From Gemmatimonadales bacterium (GTDB lineage Bacteria > Gemmatimonadota > Gemmatimonadetes > Gemmatimonadales > GWC2-71-9), in contig JBBQFH010000007.1 in the NCBI GenBank assembly GCA_038321865.1, positions 64,913-128,912 on the forward strand: a stretch of DNA of 64,000 nt, given 5' to 3'. Of the stretch, positions 9,279 through 19,599 are shown piece by piece; the stretch's first letter is position 1; every line of letters starts with the position of its first letter. Under the pieces are notes generated by a model. It did not search any database. It saw only the letters and a program-made list of their open reading frames with translations, and was not told the origin of the DNA. The position numbers were made by a program, and so were the translations under genes.

Positions 9279-9884
9279 ATGAGTAGCACCTTCTCTGCGT
9301 CGCCGGCCGGCTCCAGCGACCGGGAGTTGATGACGCGTGCCGCGGGCGGCGAAGAGGCCGCGGTCGGACGTCTGTACGATCGCTACGCGCGGGTGCTCCA
9401 CGCCGTCGCCTACCGCATCGTCGGCCAGCGAGCCGATGCCGAGGAAGTGGTGGCGGAGACGTTCGCGCAGGCCTGGCGGGACGCCGCGCGCTTCGAGGAA
9501 GCGCGCGGCTCGGTGCCCGCCTGGCTCACGATGATCGCGCGGAGCCGGGCGCTTGACCTGACTCGCGCCCGCGTCCGGCGCGATCGCGCCACCACCAGCG
9601 CGGGATCGGAGCCAGGACCAGGTCCGGCGATGGGCACCTGGCGCTCGGATCCGGGCGAAGCGGTTGACGCCGATGAACGGCAGCGGAAGGTGCGCGAGGC
9701 GCTGGCCGGGCTGAGCGCCGCGCAGCGCGAGGCCGTCGAGCTTGCGTTCTACGAAGGGCTGTCGCAGTCCGAGATCGCGCTCCGGCTGGATGAGCCCCTC
9801 GGCACCGTGAAGACCCGCGTACGCTCGGCGATGCAGAAGCTGAGGGATTCGCTCTCGCCCTATTTCTTCGAGCGTGCCGAATGA
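9279..9884 (+). CDS. ECF RNA polymerase sigma factor (SigK-like)
   Basis: Region 2 (AEEVVAETFAQAW, WLTMIARSRALD) and region 4 (YEGLSQSEIA..PLGTVKTR). Confidence 0.92.
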   Translation: MSSTFSASPAGSSDRELMTRAAGGEEAAVGRLYDRYARVLHAVAYRIVGQRADAEEVVAETFAQAWRDAARFEEARGSVPAWLTMIARSRALDLTRARVRRDRATTSAGSEPGPGPAMGTWRSDPGEAVDADERQRKVREALAGLSAAQREAVELAFYEGLSQSEIALRLDEPLGTVKTRVRSAMQKLRDSLSPYFFERAE

Positions 9885-10675
9885 GCGACACGCCGCATTC
9901 GTCTCCGATGGACCTCGCCGCGGCGTACGCCCTCGGCGCGCTCGACGCCGACGACGCGCGTACGTTCGAGGCGTATCTCGCCTCGAGCCCGGAGGCTCAG
10001 CGCGAAGTCGCGGCGTTCCGGGAAGTGGCCGCCCTGCTCGCTGCCGGCGCCGACGCGCCGGCCCCGGGCGCCGAGCTCCGCGCGCGTGTGCTCCGATCGC
10101 GCCCCGGCACGGCCGCTCCGCAAGCCGCATCGCGCGTGTCGGCCGCGGCGCGCCCGCGCCGCTCGCCGTGGGCCGTCGCGGTACTGGCCAGCGGGATGGC
10201 CGCCGCGCTGTTCCTCGCCTTTGCGCTGGGGCGCTCACGGGATACGCTGCGGCAGGAGCTCGCCGCACGGGATTCGACGCTCGGTGAACTCGCGGCCCGG
10301 CTGCGCGGCCGCGAGGCGACGCTGAATGCGATTCTGGAGCCCGGAGTCCGGATCTACGAGCTCACCTCTTCGGGTGACCCGAAACCGGGTGCTCAGCTCT
10401 TCGTGGACCGCGCGCGCGGCGTCGCGATCCTGCACGCGTTCCGGCTGAAGCAGGCGCCCGCCGGCCGGGCCTATCAGCTGTGGTTCATCAAGGATGGAAA
10501 GCCCGTACCGTCGCTCACCTTCAACGCCGATACGACCGGACATGCCATGCTGCAGCAGGTTCCTTTCCCGGCGGGCGGAGTGATCAGCGCGGCCGCCGTG
10601 ACCGAGGAGCCCGCCACCGGCTCGCTGCAGCCGACGACACCGATACTTCTGGTGGCCCCACTCCCCGCATCCTGA
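9881..10675 (+). CDS. Anti-sigma factor, RskA family
   Basis: AAYALGALD N-terminus, one TM helix, YQLWFI and AVTEEPATGS..PT RskA motifs; ATGA overlap with sigma gene. Confidence 0.88.
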   Translation: MSDTPHSSPMDLAAAYALGALDADDARTFEAYLASSPEAQREVAAFREVAALLAAGADAPAPGAELRARVLRSRPGTAAPQAASRVSAAARPRRSPWAVAVLASGMAAALFLAFALGRSRDTLRQELAARDSTLGELAARLRGREATLNAILEPGVRIYELTSSGDPKPGAQLFVDRARGVAILHAFRLKQAPAGRAYQLWFIKDGKPVPSLTFNADTTGHAMLQQVPFPAGGVISAAAVTEEPATGSLQPTTPILLVAPLPAS

Positions 10676-10703
10676 TCAGCCTTTCTTGGACGGCGGTGCG
10701 TTG

Positions 10704-11492
10704 ATGCGCCTGACCCTGGGTGCCGTGCTGGCTCTCGCCGCCGCGCCGTGCGCGGCGCAGGCCCCGGCGAATCTCACCACCGAGCGGTCCGCCTTCGCTG
10801 ACTGGCTCGCTCACGCGCCAGTCTCTCCGCGGGCGGCGGTCGGTGTAATGCTGGTCGGACCTCAGCGCGCGCCGATCGATGGTGGAACGACGGCGGGCCA
10901 GCGAGTAGTCGAGCGAGGCAGCGTGGTCTGGCTCGAGGGCGATGGGCCGTCACGGGCACTGCCCCGCGACCGACCCGTACGGGTTGGCTCGCGCATGGCG
11001 CTCGTCTCGGGGCCGCCCGGCCGGACCCGGCTCTGGCTGTTCGGCTCGCCGGCACCGGCGCCACCTCCCGACTACTACCCCTACGATCCGGCATTGGTCT
11101 TCAGTGGACCGCTCATGCCGGCGGCAGCACCGGCCACCGAGCGGGTGCTCACGGCCGAGGGCGAGGAAGTCGATGCCACGGATGCGGGACGCGTGATGAT
11201 GGGCCTGGGCGGGACGACGAGCCTTCGGGTGCTCCGGATTCCCGATCCCGCCGGGGAGGAGTCTTCGCTCGAGATCTATTTCCGCGATGGGACCACCGGC
11301 GCCGGGAGCTATCCTGCGGGGCGATTCGTCGCGCTCGAGCCGCTCGCTGACGGCCGTTACCGGCTCGATTTCAATCGCGCCCGCAATCCGTTCTGCGCCT
11401 ACAACGCCAACTATCCCTGCCCCGCGCCGTGGCGAGGCAACACGATCGCCGCGCCGGTGCGAGCGGGCGAGCGCTACGCGAGCCACCGGTGA
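10704..11492 (+). CDS. DUF1684 family secreted protein
   Basis: FRDGTTG..YPAGRF and LDFNRARNPFCAYNANYPCP. Confidence 0.85.
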   Translation: MRLTLGAVLALAAAPCAAQAPANLTTERSAFADWLAHAPVSPRAAVGVMLVGPQRAPIDGGTTAGQRVVERGSVVWLEGDGPSRALPRDRPVRVGSRMALVSGPPGRTRLWLFGSPAPAPPPDYYPYDPALVFSGPLMPAAAPATERVLTAEGEEVDATDAGRVMMGLGGTTSLRVLRIPDPAGEESSLEIYFRDGTTGAGSYPAGRFVALEPLADGRYRLDFNRARNPFCAYNANYPCPAPWRGNTIAAPVRAGERYASHR

Positions 11493-12667
11493 TCGGTGCG
11501 CTGCTGGCCATCGCGGTTACCGCGGCGCCGCTTTCGGGCTCGTGGCGCGCGGTGCTGGATCTCGCCGGGGGAGAGCTTCGCTTTACGCTCAACGTAACGG
11601 CAGGCACCGACGCTTATGCCGGCCGCATCTGCAACGGTCGCGTCTGCACGGCGCTCTCGGGAATCCGCATCCGCGGCGACAGCGTCGCACTGGAGATGGC
11701 GGACTACGCCGCCACGATCATCGGTATCCGGCGGGGTGACTCGCTGGTCGGCGTCTACCACAACGTGGGCAACCGCGGCCCTCGCACGATCCCGTTCCGG
11801 GCCGCACGCGGACGCTGGCCGGTCCAGCGCGCCACGGCAGCCCTCACCGGCAGCTGGGATGCCACGTATGTGACCGACGGGCGCTCCAGCGCGCGGGTAT
11901 TCATGTTCGCCAATGACGCCACCGGCTTCACCGGTGCCGTCGTGTCCAACACCGGCGACTACGGACATTTCTGGGGCCGCGCCGCCGCCGACAGCTTCGC
12001 CCTGGGGCATTTCGACGGCTCCTTCATCTACCTGCTGACCGGCCGGCTGGACGGCGACACGCTGCGGGGCGTGTTCCATGCCGGGCTCCGCACCGAGACT
12101 CCATTCACGGCCGTGCGCACTACCGGCCGGCCTCACCTGCGCAACCCAACCGACATGACCGCGGCGGACACCTCGACACCTTTCCGCTTCTCATTCCGGG
12201 ATCTGTCCGGCCAGCTGGTCTCGAATTCCGACGCCCGCTTCCGCGGCAAGGTCGTGCTGCTCGACATTTTCGGCACCTGGTGCCCGACCTGCCATGAGGC
12301 GGCGCCGGTGCTGGTCGACCTGTACCGTCGCTACCACGGGCGCGGCCTGGAAGTGGTCGGGCTGGCGTACGAAGTCACCGGCGACACGGCGGTCGACGCC
12401 CCCCTGGTCCGTCGGTTTCGGGACGGACTGGGCGTACCGTACCCGCTGCTGCTCGCGGGAACGAGTGACGTCCAGGCCGCGGCGGCCACCCTGCCCCAGC
12501 TGCATGGATTCACCGCCTTTCCCACCTCGGTCTTCCTCGGCCGTGATGGGCGGGTCCGCCTGGTCTACGCCGGCTCGCTCGGGCCGGCGACCGGCGTGAA
12601 GCACGGGCAGCAGGTGGCCCAGTTCCGCGCCGAGATCGAGCGGCTGCTGGCCGAGCCCGCGCCGTGA
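11489..12667 (+). CDS. TlpA-like thiol-disulfide reductase with N-terminal beta domain
   Basis: GKVVLLDIFGTWCPTC and AFPTSVFLGRDG. Confidence 0.85.
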   Translation: MIGALLAIAVTAAPLSGSWRAVLDLAGGELRFTLNVTAGTDAYAGRICNGRVCTALSGIRIRGDSVALEMADYAATIIGIRRGDSLVGVYHNVGNRGPRTIPFRAARGRWPVQRATAALTGSWDATYVTDGRSSARVFMFANDATGFTGAVVSNTGDYGHFWGRAAADSFALGHFDGSFIYLLTGRLDGDTLRGVFHAGLRTETPFTAVRTTGRPHLRNPTDMTAADTSTPFRFSFRDLSGQLVSNSDARFRGKVVLLDIFGTWCPTCHEAAPVLVDLYRRYHGRGLEVVGLAYEVTGDTAVDAPLVRRFRDGLGVPYPLLLAGTSDVQAAAATLPQLHGFTAFPTSVFLGRDGRVRLVYAGSLGPATGVKHGQQVAQFRAEIERLLAEPAP

Positions 12668-13875
12668 GGCTGAGGGGAATCGCGTGTCTGGTGGCGGGAC
12701 TGATTGCGCCGGCAGCCGCCCCGTCGGCAGCGGCCGGACAGCTGACTGCGCAACCTGGCGACGGCTGGACGCTCACGTTCGCGGGCAACGTGAACGCCTT
12801 CGCCGTCTTCACCAACGGACGCGTGTCAGTGCCCGGAGTCATCGACGGCGGGCGGGTGCCCACGGAGCTGATCACGCGGATCCGGACGGGACTGCTCCCG
12901 GCGATCGCCGTCGCGGATGTGAAGACGCACGAGGGAACGGTGGACCTCGGCGCGCATTTTGGCGTCGGCGTGATGATCGGAAACGCGAGCATTCATGACA
13001 ACGTGAGCAGCGGGACGCAGGCAGGGGCCCGGATCGATATGCGGCAGGCGTATCTCACGATCGGCGGACGCTGGGGGCAGGTGCTGGCCGGGCGCGAGCT
13101 CAGCCTCTACCAGCGGGAGAACATCCTCAACGACATGACCCTCTTCGGCACCGGCGCCAGCGGCGGCGGGCTGGGCGCCGCGGGGACGACGCTTGGGCGC
13201 AGCGGCTTCGGCTACGTCTATCCGAGCTTCAATGCGCAGCTCACATACTCGTCGCCGGCCGCACGCCGCTACCAGATATCCGTGGGGCTGTTCGATCCCG
13301 ACCGCATCATGGGCGACTTCGGTACGGACGGCGCCGCGCCGACCGCATTTCCCCGGGTGGAAACCGAGGTGACCTGGCGTGCGCCCGCGATGGGTGGCCA
13401 GCTGCGCCTCTGGCTCAGCGGCATGCGCCAGAGCGCCGCGGAGCGGATCACGGCAACAGGATTGGGCGGCGGTGTCCGCATCGACGCGGGCCTCCTCTCG
13501 CTCGTCACCTCGGGATATCTCGGGAAGGGCATCGGATCGACCTATGCCCTGAGCACCAATCTGGGTGTGGACGCGTCAGGAATGACGCGGAAGTCGTACG
13601 GCTACATCGCGCAGCTCACGGCGAACCGCTCCGGGGCGCCGTTCACCTTCGGCATCAGCTACGGGGCGAGTCTCCTCGATCAGACGCTGAACGACCTGGC
13701 GGCCTCCAACGATGCCCTCCTCAAGCGAAACAGCGCCGTCATCGCAATGACGATGTACCAGGCGACCGCGTCGCTGCGCCTGGTGGGTGAGTACACCCGG
13801 GCCGAAGCGCTGGCGCATTCGGGCGCCCGCAACCGGTCAGATCAGGTATCGACGGGGCTGCTCCTGTTCTTCTGA
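12664..13875 (+). CDS. Outer-membrane porin
   Basis: Signal peptide, amphipathic beta strands, C-terminal Phe. Confidence 0.75.
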   Translation: MRLRGIACLVAGLIAPAAAPSAAAGQLTAQPGDGWTLTFAGNVNAFAVFTNGRVSVPGVIDGGRVPTELITRIRTGLLPAIAVADVKTHEGTVDLGAHFGVGVMIGNASIHDNVSSGTQAGARIDMRQAYLTIGGRWGQVLAGRELSLYQRENILNDMTLFGTGASGGGLGAAGTTLGRSGFGYVYPSFNAQLTYSSPAARRYQISVGLFDPDRIMGDFGTDGAAPTAFPRVETEVTWRAPAMGGQLRLWLSGMRQSAAERITATGLGGGVRIDAGLLSLVTSGYLGKGIGSTYALSTNLGVDASGMTRKSYGYIAQLTANRSGAPFTFGISYGASLLDQTLNDLAASNDALLKRNSAVIAMTMYQATASLRLVGEYTRAEALAHSGARNRSDQVSTGLLLFF

Positions 13876-13969
13876 GCCGGCGCCGAACCGGGTACCATCG
13901 CTCTCCGCCTCCCACTATTATTTGCGGGTTCGACACCGCTCACCCTCCCTCGCCCGAAGGAGCCACGCC

Positions 13970-14911
13970 TTGGCCGTGCCGCTGGTGCAGCTTTCCCGCG
14001 CGCCGCTGGCCCAGCCGACCGCATTGCCGGTGGCGGCGCCAGGACGCAAGCCCTTGTGGCTCAAGGTGAAGGCGCCCGGCGGGCCGAACTATGCCCACCT
14101 CAAGTCCATGATGCGCGAGCTGGGCCTGCACACGGTGTGCGAGGAGGCGCGCTGCCCGAACATCGGCGAGTGCTGGGAGCACCGGGCCGCGACGTTCATG
14201 ATCCTGGGCGACGTGTGCACCCGCAACTGCACGTACTGCGCGGTGTCCCACGGAACGCCGAAGGCCTTCGACCCGCTCGAGCCGCAGCACCTGGCCGAGG
14301 CCGTCGCCCGGATGGGGCTCGAGCACGTGGTGATCACGTCGGTGGACCGGGATGACCTGCCGAACGGCGGCGCAGAAGCGTTCGCCGCCTGCATCACCGA
14401 GATCCGGAGCCGCCTGCCACGTACGTCGGTCGAGGTGCTGATTCCGGACTTCAAGGGATCGGAACGGGCGCTGGCGCTCGTCATGGACGCCGGGCCGGAC
14501 ATCCTGAACCACAATCTGGAAACGACCGAGCGGCTGTACCGGCTGGCTCGACCCGGCGGACGCTATGGGCGCGCGCTGCAGCTGCTGGCCACCGCGCGCC
14601 GTCTGGGCGGGGCAGATGCGCTGACCAAGAGCGGCATCATTCTCGGCATGGGCGAGGAATGGGACGAGGTGCTTGTGTGCATGCGCGACCTTCGCCGCAG
14701 CGACGTCAACATCCTGACGCTCGGCCAGTACCTCCGCCCGAGCGACGGGCACCTGCCCGTGGCCCGGTTCTACACGCCCGACGAGTTCGCCGAGCTTCGC
14801 GAGGCCGGCATGGCCATGGGATTCGCCCATGTGCAGGCGAGCCCGCTGACGCGCTCTTCCTATCACGCCTGGGAGCAGGTGGACCAGGCCAAGGCACACA
14901 GGAATTCCTGA
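13970..14911 (+). CDS. lipA: Lipoyl synthase
   Basis: CEEARCPNIGEC and CTRNCTYC cluster motifs, RSSY; AAGGAG SD before TTG 13970. Confidence 0.97.
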   Translation: MAVPLVQLSRAPLAQPTALPVAAPGRKPLWLKVKAPGGPNYAHLKSMMRELGLHTVCEEARCPNIGECWEHRAATFMILGDVCTRNCTYCAVSHGTPKAFDPLEPQHLAEAVARMGLEHVVITSVDRDDLPNGGAEAFAACITEIRSRLPRTSVEVLIPDFKGSERALALVMDAGPDILNHNLETTERLYRLARPGGRYGRALQLLATARRLGGADALTKSGIILGMGEEWDEVLVCMRDLRRSDVNILTLGQYLRPSDGHLPVARFYTPDEFAELREAGMAMGFAHVQASPLTRSSYHAWEQVDQAKAHRNS

Positions 14912-15927
14912 TGGCTGGCACCGCAACCAAATCCGGCAGGAAGGCCACCGACGCCGCGATGGCCGAGCAGTACCGGCACTGGCTCCGCCAGATGCTGCTG
15001 ATCCGCCGCTTCGAGGAGAAGACGGGCGAGGCCTACAGTCTCGGCAAGATCGGCGGGTTCTGTCATCTCTACATCGGGCAGGAAGCGGTCGCGGTGGGCA
15101 CGATCGCGTCGCTCCGGCCGGACGACTACATCACCGCGTCCTACCGGGAGCATGGTCAGGCCCTGGTCCGCGGGATCAGCGCGCGAGCGGTGATGGCCGA
15201 ACTGTTCGGCAAGGCAGCCGGGTGTTCGGGCGGAAAGGGAGGCTCAATGCACCTGTTCGATGCCTCGCTCGGCTTCCTCGGCGGACACGGCATCGTCGGC
15301 GGTCACATTCCGCTCGCGACGGGAATGGCCTTCGCGGCGAAGTACCGGAATACCGACCAGGTGGCGATCTGCTACTTCGGCGAGGCCGCGGTCAACAACG
15401 GCGCCTTCCACGAGGCGCTCAACATGGCCGCCCTGTGGAAGCTCCCCGCCGTCTACATCTGCGAAAACAACCGCTACGGCATGGGCACGGCCCTCGAACG
15501 GGCCAGCGCGATCTACGATATCTCCGAGCGCGCCTGCTCCTACGACATGGCGAACGAGGTGGTGGACGGCCAGGACGTACTCGCGGTGCATGCCGCGATG
15601 GAGCGGGCGGTGCAGCGGGCGCGCGAGGAAAAGCTTCCCACGCTGCTCGAGGTGCGGACCTACCGCTTCATGGGCCACTCGATGAGCGATCCGATTCATG
15701 GCCACTACCGCACCAAGGAAGAAGTCGAGGAACAGCGGAAGCGCGACCCGATCGCCGTCTGGTCCCAGAAGCTGATCGCCGACGGCATCATGACGGAGGA
15801 AGACGTCAAGGCGCTGGATACGAGCGTGATGGAGGAAGTCGAGGACGCGTACAAGTTCGCGGAGGAGGCGCCCGATCCGGCACCCGATGCCCTCTTCCGC
15901 GACGTCTACGCGCCGGAGGTTGGCTGA
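14911..15927 (+). CDS. pdhA: Pyruvate dehydrogenase E1 alpha
   Basis: GFCHLYIGQEA, GKGGSMH, TYRFMGHSMSD. Confidence 0.95.
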   Translation: MAGTATKSGRKATDAAMAEQYRHWLRQMLLIRRFEEKTGEAYSLGKIGGFCHLYIGQEAVAVGTIASLRPDDYITASYREHGQALVRGISARAVMAELFGKAAGCSGGKGGSMHLFDASLGFLGGHGIVGGHIPLATGMAFAAKYRNTDQVAICYFGEAAVNNGAFHEALNMAALWKLPAVYICENNRYGMGTALERASAIYDISERACSYDMANEVVDGQDVLAVHAAMERAVQRAREEKLPTLLEVRTYRFMGHSMSDPIHGHYRTKEEVEEQRKRDPIAVWSQKLIADGIMTEEDVKALDTSVMEEVEDAYKFAEEAPDPAPDALFRDVYAPEVG

Positions 15928-16907
15928 TGGCGACCCTCACCTACCGCGACGCGCTGAACCAGGCGCTCCGTGAAGAGATGCACCTGGACGACCGCGTGTT
16001 CCTCATGGGTGAGGAGGTCGGGGTCTACCAGGGCGCGTACAAGGTCAGCCGCGGCCTCCTGGAGGAGTTCGGCGCGATGCGCGTCGTGGATACACCGATC
16101 ACCGAGCTGGGCTTCGCCGGGGTCGGTGTCGGCGCGGCGATGGTCGGGCTGCGCCCCGTGATCGAGATGATGACGTTCAATTTCGCGCTGCTGGCGATCG
16201 ATCAGATCGTCAACTCGGCCGCCAAGATGCGCTACATGTCGAACGGCCAGGTCGGCGTGCCGCTCGTGGTGCGCGGCCCCGGTGGCGCCGCACTCCAGCT
16301 CGGCGCACAGCATTCGCAGGCTTTCGAAAGCTGGTACGCCCACATTCCCGGCCTCAAGGTGGTCATGCCGGCCACGCCGGCGGACGCAAAGGGGCTGCTC
16401 AAGAGCGCCATCCGGGATGACAACCCCGTGATCTTCATCGAAGGCGAGATGCTGTACAACATGAAGGGCGAGGTGCCCGACGGCGAGTACACGATTCCGC
16501 TGGGAGTGGCGGACGTGAAGCGGGAGGGCGCGGACGTGACGATCGTGTGCCATTCGAAGACGGTCTCCGTCGCGCTCAAGGCAGCTGAACAGCTGGCCGC
16601 GGACGGGATCAACGCCGAAGTCGTGGATCTCCGCACCATCCGCCCCCTCGACAGCGCGACAGTGCTCGCGTCGGTTGCGAAGACCCACCGCTGTGTCGTC
16701 GTTGAGGAGGGCTGGGGATTCGCGGGCGTCGGGGCGCAGGTCGTGGATACGATTCAGCGCGAAATCTTCGACGACCTCGATGCGCCGGTCATCCGGGTGA
16801 CGGGCGCCGAGGTGCCGATGCCGTACAACAAGCAGCTCGAGAAGCTGGCCAAGGCCGACCCGGCCAAGGTGATCGCTGCCGTCAGGAAGGTGCTGTATGT
16901 CGACTAA
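15927..16907 (+). CDS. pdhB: Pyruvate dehydrogenase E1 beta
   Basis: DTPITE, FNFALLAIDQ, GAQHSQ. Confidence 0.95.
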   Translation: MATLTYRDALNQALREEMHLDDRVFLMGEEVGVYQGAYKVSRGLLEEFGAMRVVDTPITELGFAGVGVGAAMVGLRPVIEMMTFNFALLAIDQIVNSAAKMRYMSNGQVGVPLVVRGPGGAALQLGAQHSQAFESWYAHIPGLKVVMPATPADAKGLLKSAIRDDNPVIFIEGEMLYNMKGEVPDGEYTIPLGVADVKREGADVTIVCHSKTVSVALKAAEQLAADGINAEVVDLRTIRPLDSATVLASVAKTHRCVVVEEGWGFAGVGAQVVDTIQREIFDDLDAPVIRVTGAEVPMPYNKQLEKLAKADPAKVIAAVRKVLYVD

Positions 16908-18171
16908 GGTCGTGATGGAGGCGCTCTCCCCGACGATGGAGGAGGGACGCCTCGTCGAGTGGAAGAAGAACGAGGGCGACGCGGTCGCCGTCGGCGATGT
17001 CCTGGCCGAGGTGGAGACGGACAAGGCCGTCATGGAGCTGGTCGCTCGGGCTGCCGGCACCCTGCTCAAGCACGTGGTGGCGGCGGGCGCGACCGTTCCG
17101 GTGTCCGATCCGGTCGCCTTCATCGGCGAGCCCGGGGAGGCCATCGACGCGGGGCCGTCCGGCAGCAACGGGGCCCAGCCGGTCGCGGCCCCCCCAGCGG
17201 AAGCGCCCCAGGCGCCCGCCGCGGCGGAACCATCCGCTCCAGCGGCTCCAGCGGCTCCGGCCGCTGCCGAGCCGGCCCCGGCCGCCTCGACCCCTGCCGT
17301 CGTGAGCGAAGGCGCGCGCGTGAAGGCCTCACCGCTGGCGCGAAAGATCGCCGCCGACCGCGGGCTCGATCTCAAGGGCGTGGCGGGCAGCGGGCCGCAG
17401 GGACGGATCGTCCAGCGCGACCTGGCCAGCATCGTGGCCGTGGAGGCGCCGCCGGTGCAGGTGCCGGTCTTCCGGCCGGTCGCGAGCGGCGAGCCCTTCG
17501 GCGATGTGCCGCTCACGCAGATCCGGAAAACGATCGCGAAGCGGCTGGCGCAGTCGCTCGGCCCGGTGCCGACGTTCTACCTCACGATCGAGGTGGACAT
17601 GGAGCGGGTCGCCGAGGCACGCGAGGCGCTCAACGGGCTGGGCGAGGGCAAGGTGTCGTTCAACGACATCACCGTGAAGGCCGTCGCGCTGGCGCTGAAG
17701 CAGCACCCCGCGTGCAACGCCTGGTGGCAGGATGACCACATCCGGTACTGGAACGACATTCACGTCAGCATGGCGGTTGCGATCGAGGACGGGCTGATCA
17801 CGCCGGTCATTCGCTACGCCGACCAGAAATCGCTGCGGCAGATCGCCACGGAGTCGAAGGACCTGGCCACCCGCGCACGGGCCCGCCGGCTCAAGCCCGA
17901 GGAGTACACGGGCGGCACATTCTCCGTGTCGAATCTGGGCATGCTCGACATCGAGGAGTTCACGGCAATCATCAACCCCCCCGAGGCGGGCATCATCGCC
18001 ATCGGACGGATCGCCGAGAAGCCGGTGGTGCACGAGGGTGCGCTGGCGATCCGGAAGCGGATGCGGCTCACCATGTCATGCGATCATCGCGTCATCGACG
18101 GCGCCACCGGCGCCCAGTTTCTGAAGACGCTGAAGGGGATGCTGGAGAATCCGCTGGCGCTGGTCTGGTAG
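16897..18171 (+). CDS. pdhC: Pyruvate dehydrogenase E2 dihydrolipoamide acetyltransferase
   Basis: Lipoyl domain ETDKA, Ala/Pro linker, ASPLARK, DHRVIDG. Confidence 0.95.
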   Translation: MSTKVVMEALSPTMEEGRLVEWKKNEGDAVAVGDVLAEVETDKAVMELVARAAGTLLKHVVAAGATVPVSDPVAFIGEPGEAIDAGPSGSNGAQPVAAPPAEAPQAPAAAEPSAPAAPAAPAAAEPAPAASTPAVVSEGARVKASPLARKIAADRGLDLKGVAGSGPQGRIVQRDLASIVAVEAPPVQVPVFRPVASGEPFGDVPLTQIRKTIAKRLAQSLGPVPTFYLTIEVDMERVAEAREALNGLGEGKVSFNDITVKAVALALKQHPACNAWWQDDHIRYWNDIHVSMAVAIEDGLITPVIRYADQKSLRQIATESKDLATRARARRLKPEEYTGGTFSVSNLGMLDIEEFTAIINPPEAGIIAIGRIAEKPVVHEGALAIRKRMRLTMSCDHRVIDGATGAQFLKTLKGMLENPLALVW

Positions 18172-18201
18172 CGGCCGGCACCACACTCATCCGAGGAAAA
18201 C

Positions 18202-19599
18202 GTGGCGAACAGTTTCGACGTGATCGTGTTGGGCGGCGGACCGGCCGGGTACGTGTGCGCGATCCGCGCCGCGCAGCTGGGCCTGTCGACGGCTGTGGTT
18301 GAGCGCGACAAGCTCGGCGGTGTCTGCGTGAACATCGGCTGCATTCCGACCAAGGCGCTGCTGCACAGCGCCTACGTCGCCAATCTCCTGGCGCACGACG
18401 CGAAGGAGCTGGGCATCGAAACCGGACCGGTAAAAACCGACTACGGCGTCGCCATGAAGCGATCGCGGAAGGTGGCCGAGCAGAATTCGAAGGGCGTCGA
18501 GTTCCTCATGAAGAAGCACAAGATCACCGTGCTGCGCGGCACCGGCGTCCTGCAGGCCGGCCGCAAGGTCAAGGTCGGTGCCGACGTCTACCAGGCCACC
18601 AAGGGCCTGGTCATCGCGACGGGCTCGCGTGTGCGGGGGATTCCGCAGATCGGCCTCGAGATCAACAAGACCAGCGTGATCAGCTCCGACGAGGCCTTGT
18701 TCCTCGAGAAGGTGCCGACCTCCATGGTCATCGTCGGCGCCGGCGCCGTCGGCTGTGAATTCGCGGACATCTTCAACGCCTTCGGCTGCAAGGTGACGCT
18801 GGTGGAGGCCCTCCCGCGCATCCTGCCGCTGGAGGACGCCGAGAGCTCCGATGTCATCACCAAGAGCTACCGGAAACGCGGCATCACCGTGCTCGCCGGG
18901 GCCAAGGTGAAGAAGGCCACCGTGACGCCCGACAAGGTCACGCTCGAGATCGAGGCCGGCGGCAAGACGGAGACGGTGGAGGCTGAGCGGGTACTGATGG
19001 CCGCGGGCCGCTCGGTCAATACCGAGAGCATGGGCTTCAAGGAAGCCGGTGTGGAGCTGACGGACCGCGGCTTCGTCAAGGTGAGCCTGTCGACGCTCGA
19101 GACCACCGCCAAGGGGGTGTACGGCATTGGTGACGTGGCGGGACCGCCGATGCTGGCCCACAAGGGAAGTCGGGAGGGCGTCGTGGTGGCGGAGATCATC
19201 GCGGGCCACCATCCCCAGCCGATCAAGTACGACAACGTGCCCAGCGTGACGTACTGCCATCCTGAGGTGGCCAGCATCGGGCTGACCGAAGAGCAGTGCA
19301 AGGAGAAGAAGCTGGACTACCAGGTTGGTCGGTTCCCGTTCAGCGCCAACGGCCGCGCGCGGGCCTCGAACGAGACCGAGGGCCTGGTCAAGATCATCCG
19401 GGGCAAGCAGTACGGCGAGATTCTCGGGGCGCACATCGTCGCGAGCCACGCGTCGGAGATGATCCATGAGCTGGCCGTCGCACGGGAGAACGAGTTCACC
19501 GTGGAGGAGGTGGATCTCGCGATCCATGCCCATCCCACGCTCTCCGAAGCCATCGCCGAAGCCTGCCTCGATTCGATGGGCCGGGTGATTAACATCTAG
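18202..19599 (+). CDS. lpdA: Dihydrolipoyl dehydrogenase
   Basis: GGVCVNIGCIPTK, HAHPTLSE. Confidence 0.97.
   Translation: MANSFDVIVLGGGPAGYVCAIRAAQLGLSTAVVERDKLGGVCVNIGCIPTKALLHSAYVANLLAHDAKELGIETGPVKTDYGVAMKRSRKVAEQNSKGVEFLMKKHKITVLRGTGVLQAGRKVKVGADVYQATKGLVIATGSRVRGIPQIGLEINKTSVISSDEALFLEKVPTSMVIVGAGAVGCEFADIFNAFGCKVTLVEALPRILPLEDAESSDVITKSYRKRGITVLAGAKVKKATVTPDKVTLEIEAGGKTETVEAERVLMAAGRSVNTESMGFKEAGVELTDRGFVKVSLSTLETTAKGVYGIGDVAGPPMLAHKGSREGVVVAEIIAGHHPQPIKYDNVPSVTYCHPEVASIGLTEEQCKEKKLDYQVGRFPFSANGRARASNETEGLVKIIRGKQYGEILGAHIVASHASEMIHELAVARENEFTVEEVDLAIHAHPTLSEAIAEACLDSMGRVINI

Noticed and set aside
17180..17300. Repetitive GCGGCTCCA units
   Set aside because: Ordinary Ala/Pro linker of the E2 subunit
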